Below are positions 36,941-49,028 of a stretch of DNA of 64,000 bases, piece by piece; position 1 is the stretch's first letter; each line of letters begins with the position of its first letter. The position numbers were made by a program, and so were the translations under genes. Source of the stretch: Anthoceros angustus (lineage: Eukaryota; Plantae; Anthocerotophyta). The stretch spans positions 620,001 through 684,000 of the forward strand of contig VJWM01000011.1 in NCBI GenBank assembly GCA_010909165.1. The letters run 5' to 3'. A model generated the notes under the pieces. That model searched no databases. It was given only the letters and a program-made list of their open reading frames with translations, and was not told where the DNA came from.

Positions 36941-37116
36941 TTGGGCTGTTGTTATAATTTGGCTAAATGCCGAATCCGGCAACACTCTATTCGTGATAGT
37001 TAAGGCTAGATTTAAGGATAAGTCTTTGAGCCTAAGAGAACTGTTTATGGACTTAGGACAAGTTTGGTTTAAGTCCGTTGGGGTGTAATCTTTTGTTGGA
37101 TTTATGTTTTGAATGT

Positions 37117-37330
37117 TTAGGCTAAGGATCGATGTGGTTTGTGAGATGTTGTTCTCACTTCAAGGCAAAGCACAGACAACCCTTCACTCATACGCAACAA
37201 AAATTTAACATACTCTGACAACACTGGCCAGGCTTCCTCAAAATCCTTCCACCACTTTACCAAAAAAAATGTAATACATAACCCTGCGATCCCTGGGACT
37301 GATATAGGCGAACTGTTGGCAAAAGCTCCT
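37117..37330 (-). mobile_element. Possible hAT transposase dimerisation-domain remnant
   Basis: LVKWWKDFEEAWPVLSEYVKFLL resembles the hAT C-terminal WW......P.LS motif; short and degenerate. Confidence 0.3.
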
Positions 37331-37452
37331 TGCTCTAAATCTCTAGCCACATGGAGCACTTAAAGGAGGAAGGGGTGCATGAGAATGCAACTACCCAGCT
37401 TGCAACTAAAGCTCACACATGTACCAATTTGACAACACCACTAATCAACCAA

Positions 37453-37682
37453 GCACTCTTTCCAACGAGCTCATGGGCGGGCAAATAGGGGGCAGTGGGG
37501 GTGACAACTACACACGCTGGTAGGACGTGACAAGGAGCTGGTTGATACTCTCCGCTTGAGAAAACATGCTTTCCAACGAGCTTCATGGGCAGGCGAATAG
37601 GGGGCAATAGGGGTGAGACAACTACACACGTTGGTATAACGTGACAAGGAGCTGGTTGATACTCTCCTCTTGAGAAAACATA
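37453..37682. repeat. ~115-bp tandem duplication
   Basis: CTTTCCAACGAGCT(T)CATGGGC...GACAAGGAGCTGGTTGATACTCTCC...GAGAAAACAT present twice. Confidence 0.8.
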
Positions 37683-38214
37683 TGCAGCTCTTGGCTTTAT
37701 ATCACAGCTTGGGAAGGATCACAACTTGCTTGGGTTATCGAGTTGATCCTCTTACATAAATCCTGTCTTCCCAAATTATCTCGTTTCCCGATGAGCACTT
37801 GTTGTTTTAGTAAGACAACGTTGACCACCTCCTCGTATGTTTGTGAGGCGGCTTTGCTTCACAGCTGGCACACCCTAGGCCATGCATCCTGGGCCTGTAG
37901 ATCCTCTGATCAAGACAAGGAACTTACCCATTAGACACGGGAGCCCAAGTCAACATCTAATAAATCCTTTCTTCATCTTCTTTCTGCAAGCTTCCTCAGA
38001 AGTTGTACAAGAATGTATGGAATTATTCCTTGGATAAATAACACATAATACTGAGTAGTTTTATAATCAGTTACATTCAGAATAACTGTTTGACACTTGT
38101 ATAAATATGTAAGTTGTGCAGTAAAGAAGAACCGCTTCTCATTTTTGTCGCTCACCTTCATTCCCGTCTCTCATGTGCTTGTTCCATGTACCATGAAAAT
38201 CTTTAAGTTGGAGA

Positions 38215-38510
38215 GTCATGCAGAAAGGCTAGAATGATGCTCTCCCGGTTGTGTAGCCTCGTCTTGATGAGTGCAGTGAACGTGCTGAAGGATGAGTTCG
38301 AAATCAACACCTACAGGCTTTTCCGAAAGGTTCAGCATCTTGAACGATGCAAATGCTAGAGCTGTCAGATAAAGCAATTTTGTTCCAGCATCTTTGTTGT
38401 TGTGCAGATCGTGCATAGCCTTAACAGAGAAGCCTACCTGGACACCCAGAGCTGCAGCACGCTAGGAGTTGGTGGTTAGGGAAACCTTGATTCCCATGAA
38501 TATACAAACA
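38215..38510 (-). pseudogene. Inverted, diverged fragment of the gene at 43425-44823
   Basis: MHDLHNNKDAG...FKMLNLSEKP...HQDEATQPGEHHSSLSA versus MHDLYGSKDDG...LKMLNLSEEP...HQDEAAQPGEHHSSLSA; includes the upstream intron tail. Confidence 0.85.
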
Positions 38511-40167
38511 CAACTATTTTCGGATCATACGGAGATACTTCTTGATCGTCAACACAAATACATCTTCCCGCAACAAGACTTCTCCTACAAATACATTCTC
38601 CTTCAAGATTTAAATCCATGCAAGAAATCCCGATACAGACGCAACAATTTAAAGCTGGTGAGCGCGTTGTTGAATATGCCAACAGGGTCTAAGCATTTGT
38701 TTCAGCCCTAAACAACCTCACCTAAACTCATTCCACCAGAATCGTATAACCATACCTTGCTCAAGAAATTGCAAGTTCAACCCACCCAATAAGCAAGGAG
38801 GTCAGCCAAGCAATCTACATATTCCACACAAGATTGACGAACTGAGTCAAGCTTGCTACTCTACAATAAATCCCGCCAGGGTGGCCAAGCTGTTAGATGT
38901 GGGGATGGCTCTAGGGGCCAGCCTGCTTTGGACTGACATTCAAACCAGATGAGTTCAAACCTAACCTGCAATACTACTTAGGGGTCATAACAACTATACT
39001 TTTTTTTGTAAGTCGGATGCTACGATTTCTACATCTTTCAGGTATGCATTCAAACAGACATGCTGACACCACCAAATATTGCTGATGCTGGTATTGATGC
39101 TGCCTTGTAGAACAAGGAAAGACAAGTTGATGCTCTACTCCTTAACCTCTAGCAATTTGACCTGCACACTCATGGGTCAACTCAGTGTGTACAACGGCTG
39201 CACCTGCAATTGAAAAACAAGACTCTGATGATTAATACACGAACACTCGATGACATGTTACATCGGACTCCGGACTATAATGTGAAAGAATAGTGTGAAA
39301 AAGGTAGCCCCAACACACACACGAAATGCTGAAGGAAGTAGAGAGGGACAATAACTATATGACCTTCTGCTTAGGTTTGGCTCAACAGCCTAATATATTT
39401 ATATATCTTCCATGCCTTCCAAGGCCATCCGCTACAACCAGATGAGGGCGAGGCCCTCCACACAATTCCCCTATCGCATCCATCATTTCCTATTCTCACG
39501 GCTTTAGGCCAAAATCAACATATATTTGAATTCAAATGAGCGGGCATCCTCTTGGCTCGTTCTTGCTCCCATCCACACATGTCCTCTATGTTCCAGCTTC
39601 TTGGCTGCTGTTATTGATCATTTTTCCTGGTTTATTCAATAAAAAACCTTATTTTATAAACCAAAAACAAAAGTTATACACAACACCTTGGGTACGTAGC
39701 CTACTTAATAAAGCTTGGTAGCGTATGTAGATATGTTCATGTATGGAAGCGAAGGTGTGCGTGATGAGGTGGGCACAGAAGAGTGAAGGAGAGAGAGAAA
39801 GCAGGCCGCGCGCCCCATCCTTTTATTCGCCGACTACAATACATACTTCGCTTCTTTCTTCTGCGACCTCCGTCTCCGTCTCCGCCTCCGCCTCCGCCTC
39901 CTCATCTGCACCTGCCTGCTGCTTGCAGCCTGCTGCTGGTGCGTCCTGCGGGTTGCGCTCCCTTGTGCTCGGGCCGTGCTGGCATCCATGGCGGTAGGGC
40001 ACCACCGCCGCCTGCCGCGTGCCGCGCAACAGCTCTGCGGGTTCGGTTCTGCTCTCTGAGGTTGGCCTCCAATTCATCGCTGCAACTCCTCCGGAATTGG
40101 CCTGCCCGGGGGGATCCCCACTGAATCCCTCAACAATTGTCGAGGAGTACGAGGCCACGGTGTCACC

Positions 40168-41761
40168 ATGTCGTCTCCGAGCAAGCGGCGGGAGATGGAT
40201 GTCATGAAATTGTGAGTTGCGGGGCTTTTGAGGTTAAAGTTTGCGCTGTCACGTCAAAATGGCTCTGCCTTCCTGCTACCGGCACGCTTGCTGCTCCTAA
40301 TTGCCGCACTCGGGGCCTGGGAGCGACTGCTTGGTTGCTTGCAGCTCTCCTGTCTGTTGTTGGATGCGTGGCTGCCTTCTCAGGGCGCTCGTCCATGTGG
40401 CAGGATGATGAGCGACTACAAGGTGGAGATGGTGAATGATGGCATGAGTGAATTCTACGTCGAGTTCCATGGCCCACGTGACAGTACGTTGGTTTAAACT
40501 ATTTTAGGACTTTGTGGCCGGAATGGATCTGTGAAACCCTCAGGGGACGCTTGTCCGACCTGTGTTTTCTTGTTCCTGTCTTTTTTGTGAGCGTCTGTTT
40601 CTGCCCTGTTTGTTGGTGGATGTTTGGGAAATGTGGTGAATGCTGTTTGGGACCGAGTAGAGAGTGTACCCCCCTCCCCCCTCGTCTTGGCGTATGCTAA
40701 TTTGTTAATACTGCAGGTCCTTATCAAGACGGCACTTGGAAGATTCGAGTCGAGCTGCCTGAGGCCTACCCTTACAAGTCCCCGTCCATTGGTTTTGTGA
40801 ACAGGATCTATCATCCCAATGTGGATGAGATGTACGTCGTTTTCTGAACTTCTGTTTGTACTCTCAACCTGCTGGGCAGCTCGTGTGGCGCTTAGACTTA
40901 GGAGGGTTGTCTGTGTGGCTTGCCATTTCCCTCAGTATGAGTGTGACGACTCTGAGCTTCTGCCTTTCATGGTGTGATATTGGGGGGAGCGAAAGTAGGG
41001 TGGGATGCTTCCTGTTACTCTACAAAAGAATGGGGGCCTGCCTGCTCGGAATTGTGTTGCTAGTTGATAATATGAGCCGGGGTCTTGTGATCCTGGTGAA
41101 ACTAGACACAACAAGCGTGCACTGTTAGGTCATCGAGACTGCCGTGCCATCCTTCTGAAATGGTGTGGATTTTCCATCCTTAAGGACGTTGAGTTGAAGG
41201 GCTCTCTCTGTGCTGTGCATGGTGGTCCATGCAGGTCGGGCTCTGTATGCTTGGATGTCATCAACCAAACCTGGAGTCCTATGTTTGGTGAGGCATCTTT
41301 TTGATGTCACCTTTTGTAGTATTTGTAATCATGTCGGTAGTTGGCAGTTGTTTTTGCCAAGAGTTTCTTGGGTCCTTCTGAGGCTGTCGCTTGGTTTCAT
41401 TTGCAGATTTGATCAATGTCTTTGAAGTGTTTCTACCCCAGCTTTTGCTGTATCCAAACCCGACTGATCCATTAAATGGAGAAGCTGCAGCTCTTATGAT
41501 GAGGGATCGTGAGCACTACGAACAGAAGGTTAAAGGTAACATGTTCGCCTTTGAAGGGCACCGCTGTTGCCTGGATTGTTGCCACTTGCGGCTGGTGACT
41601 TGGGGTTGCTGGCTGTTCGGGTGTTTGCTCCCGCAGAATATTGCGAGAGGTATGCAAAGGCAGAGGATGCTGGAGGGCAGCCTGAGGAAGATACCAGCGA
41701 CGAGGAGGGGAGTGATGAATACAGCAGTGACGAAGAAATGGCTGGTCATGCAGACCCTTGA
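40168..41761 (+). CDS. Ubiquitin-conjugating enzyme E2 (plant UBC4/5/6, UBE2H/Ubc8 type), 6 exons
   Basis: [15 protein letters not shown]|MMSDYKVE...|...[19 protein letters not shown]|[17 protein letters not shown]|[28 protein letters not shown]...| plus acidic tail. Confidence 0.95.
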
Positions 41762-42188
41762 ATGATCCCCTTGTTTCTGTCCGTCGAGGAATTAGCTCAC
41801 ATAGAGTCTGTGGTAATAATCATTTTCAGGCTGCTGGCAAGCATCCTCTCTTCAGACAAGCTGGGTTGCTGGGATTGAACAAGTACAGTGAATAAGCCAG
41901 CTTTGTGAAGATGGTCGGATTCTTTGCTTCACGAGCCCAATTGTACATACCATTTCGGGCTGGGATAAACTGTGGCATCTGAACTTACCATTCTTTTCAT
42001 AACCATGTTAGCGCATTGTAGGTATCTTGCTTGCCCAGGCTTCCTTGGCAAGTAGGTGCTGTCAAGATCCTTAGGTTAATGGGAAACGGTTGTGAGGATC
42101 TAAACGGTCTTGGTGATTTGTTGATTTTCATGTCTTGCTTTGAGAGGAGCATGTAGAGACGAATGCAACCACCAACCGGAGAGTCAGT

Positions 42189-43115
42189 TCAAAGCCTTGT
42201 GTAAAGCAGTCGGTACATGGTTTCCCCCGCAGCCAGAGCATGCATTTCTCGCTCGGTGGGAATCCCTATGGGGTTGTCCCGCAGCCAGCCATTTTCATGG
42301 GCACAAGCGGGATCACCCTCATGGGCAGCACGGATTGCAACTCCAAGCAATTCATCAAACTGCTGCCTCATGTCCTCCGCCACCTCCTTCACATCAGACT
42401 GCACGAAAATGTGGCCTCCAGGTGCCAGATGCTTCACGATGGCATCGACCAGCGGCTTCTGCACAATCCGCCTCTTGTGATGCCGTTTCTTGAAGTGCGG
42501 ATCCGGGCACAGGATGGAAACTCGCGTGACCGAGCCGGGGTAGGCAGACAGAATGGAGTCCAGCATGAACGTGGCATTCGCAAGCATGAAATGAACATTT
42601 CTCAGGTGCAGTTCCTGAGCCCACATCCTGGATCTGTCCACCAGCTTCTCCCGCACATCGAGCCCCAGAAAATTGAGGGATTCCGGATTCCGCTTGGCCA
42701 GCATCATGACAAACCTCCCGCTCCCGCACCCTATGTCCACAGCCAGCGGGAGTGCAGGATGGTCATACACTTGCTCCCACCTGGGGGGAGTCACCGGAGC
42801 CATGAGCTTGGCCTGGAGGGGATTCACATGCTGCCTAACCCTCACCCTCCCGACATGATCCGCAATCCCCTTGATATTCAGCTCCGCAAAGGGATCCTCT
42901 GCCTCCTCGGCATCCGTTTCGCCCACGGCCAAGCTCTCTCGCACCGCCTTGCTGCATAGCTTGCTCCCCCGTGAGTGGATTGGAGGAAACGCCAACCGAG
43001 GGGTCAGCTGCAACAGAGACGACACCTGCTCCCTCTTGGCCTTCACCAAGTGCCAAGCCGGATTCCCGAGCTGTCCCCCACAGCCGTGAGACACCAGTAG
43101 CCTTGCCACTGCCAT
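42189..43115 (-). CDS. tRNA (guanine-N7)-methyltransferase, TrmB family, probably organellar; intronless
   Basis: RVRVRQHVNPL, VDIGCGSGRF, NFLGLDVR, CPDPHFKKRHHKRRIVQ, QSDV, PTEREMH; N-terminal transit-like region; start chosen at second in-frame Met. Confidence 0.9.
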   Translation of the reverse strand: MAVARLLVSHGCGGQLGNPAWHLVKAKREQVSSLLQLTPRLAFPPIHSRGSKLCSKAVRESLAVGETDAEEAEDPFAELNIKGIADHVGRVRVRQHVNPLQAKLMAPVTPPRWEQVYDHPALPLAVDIGCGSGRFVMMLAKRNPESLNFLGLDVREKLVDRSRMWAQELHLRNVHFMLANATFMLDSILSAYPGSVTRVSILCPDPHFKKRHHKRRIVQKPLVDAIVKHLAPGGHIFVQSDVKEVAEDMRQQFDELLGVAIRAAHEGDPACAHENGWLRDNPIGIPTEREMHALAAGETMYRLLYTRL

Positions 43116-43424
43116 TGTCACAACCGGTGGCACGTGAAGCTCATCCCATCCAGCCCTAAAACGCCATTGCATCAGCACATACCACTGAACATTTTGTCAT
43201 AGCTGGTGGGAAGATCGGGAAGTCAGGAATCACCTCGCGGCAAGCATTCATGTAGCCTAAAAGTTTGCATCCTATTTCCGCCCCATCCAGCCTAACAACT
43301 TGCATGGTGGATTTGATGAGCTTAACATTGTTAATACTTTCCGTAATTTGGGCACTTGCCTCCACCGCTTCGACACGAGGCAGATTTGAGCTCCCGGCTG
43401 AGACCCAGCAGCACAGCTTGTAAG

Positions 43425-44823
43425 ATGGCTGACAAACCAGCTCGTGCTCTGCTCATCTATGGCGATGGACTGGCGGGAGTTCTGGGGTCTGAGCACACCA
43501 ATCTTCATGCTCTGGCATCAGTAGGATCTTGTGGGTTTCTCGTGCTTCGAACAACTGGTTCATCAGGTTGGGATGGATTAGCCCTGTCCTGTCCTGTCCT
43601 TTGTGCGGCCACTGGAAACATGTGATGACCTAAAATTGATGTCCACCAGAAGTCGAGGAAGAGCGTGTGCTCGAGGAAATGGCACAACTTCTTGACGTAC
43701 AGGAGGTTTATTCGGTGAAGACCCGGCTCAGCTGTCTTTGTTGTGGGTCAGTCACACTGGTAGCTTGAAGCTCATGGTGGAGTTTTCTTGCTTGTAGGAT
43801 ACTGCAAAAGCCGAAGATCTTGCTTCTTCTGGAGAAAGAAGCAATGCAGACAGTGACATGCCTTCCCTTTCTCAGAAGTGCGTTTCCGCATAATTTAGGA
43901 ATGCTGCTTTGCTCGCTGTCGGATGCCGAATTGTTGTGCATTTGAGTGACAGTTGTGTTTGCAGATTCATGGGAATCAAGGCTTCCCTGATCACCAACTC
44001 CAAGCCTGCTGCAGCTCTGGGTGTGCGGGCAGGCTTCTCTGTGAAGGCTATGCACGATCTGTACGGCAGCAAAGATGATGGAACAGGACTGCCTAATCCG
44101 GCAGCTCTGGCATCTGCATCGTTGAAGATGCTGAACCTTTCGGAAGAGCCTACAGGTGCTGATTTCGACCTTGTCCTTCTGCACGTTCACGGCACTCATC
44201 AAGACGAGGCTGCACAACCGGGAGAGCATCATTCTAGCCTTTCTGCAGCACAGGGGCTTGCCTGGGTGGATAACCTGGTTGGGAAATTGACAAAGCTCTC
44301 ACAACCAGGAACAAAAGCTTCGAACCATTTGTATCTTGCTGTTGTCCTGGGCTATTGCTCGCAGAATTTCTCGGCCAACGAACATCCATCACTGACATCT
44401 ATAGCGAGCTTCCCTGAAGAGCTTTCCAAGTTCCGCCCAAGGCAGAGCTACACAGTCAAGGGCGGGCATTATGTGGAGGACATCAGGTGAGTCCCCTTCT
44501 CCGCCACATTGGTGATGCATTTTCACTCACTCACCTTGCCTGCTGAAGCCTAGTACAATGTCGGTGCAGGCAGCAATCTCCCTTGCTCGTGGTGCAGCAT
44601 CTGAATGCAGTTACACGCCGTGACGAAGCCAAGAGCTTCAGCTTCCAGGAGTTCAGCAAGGTAAACCTACTTCACATGAGATAAAAAGTGCTCAAGCAGC
44701 ATCACACACTTCTAAGGTGTTCATTTCCGTTTGCAGCACGGAGGGAATCTTGCCATTCTTGCAGACCGATTTCTTCATGAGGTGGCATTTAAGCTTTGGA
44801 AAGCCCCGAAATATGGTGCATGA
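43425..44823 (+). CDS. Conserved plant protein of unknown function, multi-exon
   Basis: MADKPARALLIYGDGL...LHALAS...CGFL start and ...HGGNLAILADRFLHEVAFKLWKAPKYGA* end match a conserved uncharacterised land-plant family; GT-AG introns. Confidence 0.75.
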
Positions 44824-45388
44824 TTGGATTCAAGCAAGATAATCAATTTGACCAGGCTTCCAACCACTAGGAAGGAGTGGGGGCAAGCAAGAGTGGCCAC
44901 CTACATACATATATGTATTGCGGAACTCATGCTGCGCACGTCTGATCTCCTGAAGACCTTTAGAGGTGCCTTCAACGACGGAAGTCTTGATATTTCTTTG
45001 TCCTTTTGTTGACGAGCTTTCCCCTAAGGTGGGATATCGAGATGTATGGCGGGAAGTGGCCAGTCCAGTGTAATGTACAACGAAGAGGAATTCGGGAAGT
45101 GCGGAAAAATCCCGTAATCGAATGCAAGTATTGTTTGCGTAGTGACCTGTTACAGATTTCAATGTGCGGCCCCCGGACCGTGACTTCCACCCACGATGAG
45201 AGAGTCAGCAGCTGGAAGCCGACGGTAACAATAAGCACCAGCTCTCGCGTGTTGCCACAATGAGCACCCCGGGACATTGCATAGATAGTGTTGGAAGGGT
45301 AGCGGCGGGAAACACCGGGCAGCGGCGAGGAGAGGCAGGCCCTGACGGCGCACGCACAACATCCGATCGCCATCTTCACTGGAACTTC

Positions 45389-47444
45389 TCACGGCTGCTG
45401 CACCACAATGTGTTGAACCGGCTGCTTGTTGTTGGCAGGAGCAGGCCGTTTCCCATAAATAGCCTGATAGACAGAACGCGTCCGGGAGATGAGGACGAGA
45501 TTGAGCAGCACGCCTACGAGGCAGACGGCAGTCATGAGCAGGAAGGTGAGGCGGAAGCACACGGCGCCGTGGCACTGGAGGGTGTCCTCGGCAACCATGT
45601 ACCCGCCGCTCTGCTTCTCGGCCTCGTAGTCGTAGATGCGCCCCGCGATGACGCCGGAGAAGAGCAGCGAGCCCAGGGGCATGGCGACAGTGATGAAGTT
45701 GTAGATGGTGCCGAAGTTGCGCAGGCCGAAGAGCTCGGAGGCGGTGGCGGGCACGATGGACCAGTGCGCGCCGTAGCCGAGCCCTACCAGGAGGCAGCCG
45801 ACGTAGAGGGAGCCGGAGAAGGCGAAGGCGAAGAGGAGATGGCCCACGGCCATGACGGTCTGCGCGGCCGCCAGCACCACGGAGCGCGGGGACGCGTACT
45901 TCTGCACCAGCCGCTCCGAGATGTAGCCGCCCCCGATGCGGCCGAGGAAATTGAAGATGGAGATCATGGAGACGAAGATGTGCGCGTTAGGGTATCCCTG
46001 CGCCTGCCCCATCTGGCCCAGGTTGTCGATGGCCGTGAGCCCAGACCCCGCCCCGCACCACAGCCCGAAGAAGAGCAGCCAGAAATCCGCCTTCCGCAGC
46101 GCCTCCACCAGCGTGAAGTCCTCCCGCGGTGCGGCGGGCTTGCGCCGCCGCACCTTCACGGCTCCCTCCGAGATGGCCTGCAGCAGCCGGTTGTAGCTGC
46201 GCTCGATCCGCCGCAGCCGCTCCTGCTCGTCCTCGGACTTCCGCTCATGCGCGTCCTCAAGCTCGCTGAACTCCGCGGCCGCCTGCTGGTGGTGGATGTG
46301 TATCTCGTACCCGCGCCCGCTGCTCTCCTCCGCAACCTTCGACTCCGAGGGCAGCAGCGCCGCCGCCAGCGACCCCGAATCCGCCGATTCCTGCTCCGGG
46401 CTTGCCGCGGCGCGGATGGCCGTCACCAGCGGGAGCAGCAGCAGCGCGAGGAGCAGCACCGCGAACACCACGCTCACCGCCTCAGCCACCGTCACCAGAT
46501 CCTGCAGCAGCATCACTCCCATGAGGTACGCCGCCAGCGCCAGGCACACCACGTAGATGAAGCTGAAGTTGGATTCCTCCACGGGATCGTGGCCCGCAAT
46601 GACCGCAGGATCCCCGACGGGCCGGATCACCGGCGCGAACAGCACCGCCACCAGCGCCGGCCCGACCGCCACCATGTACACGAACGCTGCCTGGTCCGGC
46701 GCGTACATGGCCGTGTAGAGCACCGTGAAGATGGCGCCGCTCAGCCCGGTGAAGCCCTTGAGAATTCCCACAATCGGGCCCCGGCTCTTGGGAAAGTTCC
46801 GCACGCAGGCCACCAAGGCCGCGGTGTTGAAGTATGTCTCCCCGTTGGTGCCGATGAAGATGAGAATGCAGATCTGTCATGTCACATCACCACACGCACA
46901 CGCACAGGCACACACGCCCCGCCTCAGCGTCCTGTCACACTCGCCTGTCCCGCTCATCATGCCAATTCCAGAGCCCGGCTTGCTCATCATTACAATGCTA
47001 GTGGGGAAGAGGGGCAGTGGGGCAGTGGGGGAGTGGCAGAACGAGGGGGCAAGAACGCAATCACGAGTGAAACAGATGTGAAACTAGCAAGGGAGGGTGA
47101 GTCGTGAAACGTACCCCCCAAAAGGGAAGCGGACCAGCTCTCCCCGTGAGCATGAGCCACAGCCAACCATAGCCGACGAGATTCTGCGCCGCGCCGAGCA
47201 GGAAGAGCGCCCAGATGGGGAGAACGTCGCAGAGGAGGCCTGCGAACAGGCCGACGCTGTCACCCATGTCCTTGGCCACGCCCAGCCCGCTGATCTGCTT
47301 CTGGTTGTACCCGAACTCGGACTTGATGATGGGGGAGTAGTTGCCGAAGACGTAGCCGATCCCGGCGCAGGCCTGCACCCAGATGGCTGCCACCAGCACC
47401 AGCCAGCGGCTGTTCACCACGGCGCGGAGCGTGGTGGCGGCCAT
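45389..47444 (-). CDS. Nodulin-like / NFD4-like MFS transporter, 2 exons
   Basis: RWLVLVAAIWVQACAGIGYVFG.YSP.IK...YNQKQ...GVAKD.GDSVG, ACVRNFPKSRGPIVGILKGF.GLSGAIF, EDFTLVEAL...DFWLLFF, SELFGL..FG..YNF; intron ~46875-47110. Confidence 0.92.
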
Positions 47445-48242
47445 GGCGCCCGGCCTCGAGCTCGAGCTCCGGCTCCGGCTCCCGCCTCTGCTCGCCGCTG
47501 CTTCTTCTGCTTCTGCTTCTGTCTGAGCTGCTGCTGCTGCTTCCGGTCTTGAACATCGCCGGTCGCGCCGAATGATGCCTGGCCCTGTTGGTTTGGAGTA
47601 AAATACAGAAGGCGGAGGAGAGACGACACTGCAGATCAGCCCGGATCGAATGCTAGGAGACTCCTTGTCACCGTATGGGGCCACGGATAGCTACCGCCTC
47701 GCCCGGCCCCATGGCCCGGCGCGGCCCCACCATTTACCGCAGCAGCGGAGCGGAGCGCAGCTCAGCTCCCTTCCCCAGGATCGGCCGGGCAACTCCACCG
47801 CGCCTCCGCTCTCTGCCTCCGTGTCACCACTACGGGCGCTCGCTTTCGTCGTCCTTCGGCCAAGGGCGTCTGTCATGGGGGAGCAGATGCAGATAGCGCT
47901 TGCAACCTTCGCGGCCGCACATGTCACACATGTACATATCCGGGCTCTTCTGCCGGGCCATCGCATCGTATAGTTCATGTATGCTTGGCTTCGGTCTGGC
48001 CTTGGCTTGACCCACGGAGCATTTAATATCGGTTGAAGCAGGCTTTGCAGCCGGCATTCCGGGCCACAGCTAGCATCCTCGGCAGCACATGGCCGCTTTA
48101 CAAGTCCTTTGTCGGTCGGAATCTAGCTAGGCAACTTCCCTGCTCACTTCGCGCTGGACTGGGAGTGCTGAAACATCACCACACCACACAAGCAAAGTTG
48201 CAGGATGCGACATCCTTTGCAACACGGGGAGCCCTCTCAGAC

Positions 48243-48995
48243 CATCCTCTCTGCCAGACAGGACATCCTCTCTCCGGCATCCTCTCTGCAAGAGAGGACA
48301 TCCTCTCTCCAGCATCCTCTCTGCAAGAGAGGACATCCTCTCTCCAGCATCCTCTCTGCAAGAGAGGACATCCTCTCCAGCATCCTCTCTGCAGAGAGGA
48401 CATCCTCTCTCAGCATCCTCTCTGCAAGAGAGGACATCCTCTCCAGCATCCTCTCTGCAAGAGAGGACATCCTCTCTCAGCATCCTCTCTGCAAGAGAGG
48501 ACATCCTCTCTCCAGCATCCTCTCTGCAAGAGAGGACATCCTCTCCAGCATCCTCTCTGCAAGAGAGGACATCCTCTCTCCAGCATCCTCTCTGCAAGAG
48601 AGGACATCCTCTCTCCAGCATCCTCTCTGCAAGAGAGGACATCCTCTCCAGCATCCTCTCTGCAAGAGAGGACATCCTCTCTCAGCATCCTCTCTGCAAG
48701 AGAGGACATCCTCTCTCCAGCATCCTCTCTGCAAGAGAGGACATCCTCTCTCCAGCATCCTCTCTGCAAGAGAGGACATCCTCTCTCCACCATCCTCTCT
48801 GCAAGACAGGACATCCTCTCTCCACCATCCTCTCTGCAAGACAGGACATCCTCTCTCCGGCATCCTCTCTGCAAGACAGGACATCCTCTCTCCGGCATCC
48901 TCTCTGCAAGACAGGACATCCTCTTTCCAGCATCCACTCTGCAAGACGGACATCCTCCCTTCATCATCCTCTCTACAAGGCCGGACATCCTCCCT
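48243..48995. repeat. ~32-35-bp minisatellite (~21-22 units) with internal palindromes
   Basis: Unit CATCCTCTCTGCAAGAGAGGACATCCTCTCTCCAG; TCCTCTCT-GCA-AGAGAGGA is an 8-bp inverted repeat. Confidence 0.95.
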
Positions 48996-49028
48996 CCCAA
49001 TCCGAGCTTCGCACCCGCTCACTTCTCG

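Noticed and set aside
45260-47107. 615-aa plus-strand ORF
   Set aside because: Antisense shadow of the high-GC3 NFD4-like gene; it also runs through that gene's intron
48243-48995. CRISPR-like array (palindromic ~35-bp repeats)
   Set aside because: There are no unique spacers, no cas genes and the context is eukaryotic; it is a minisatellite
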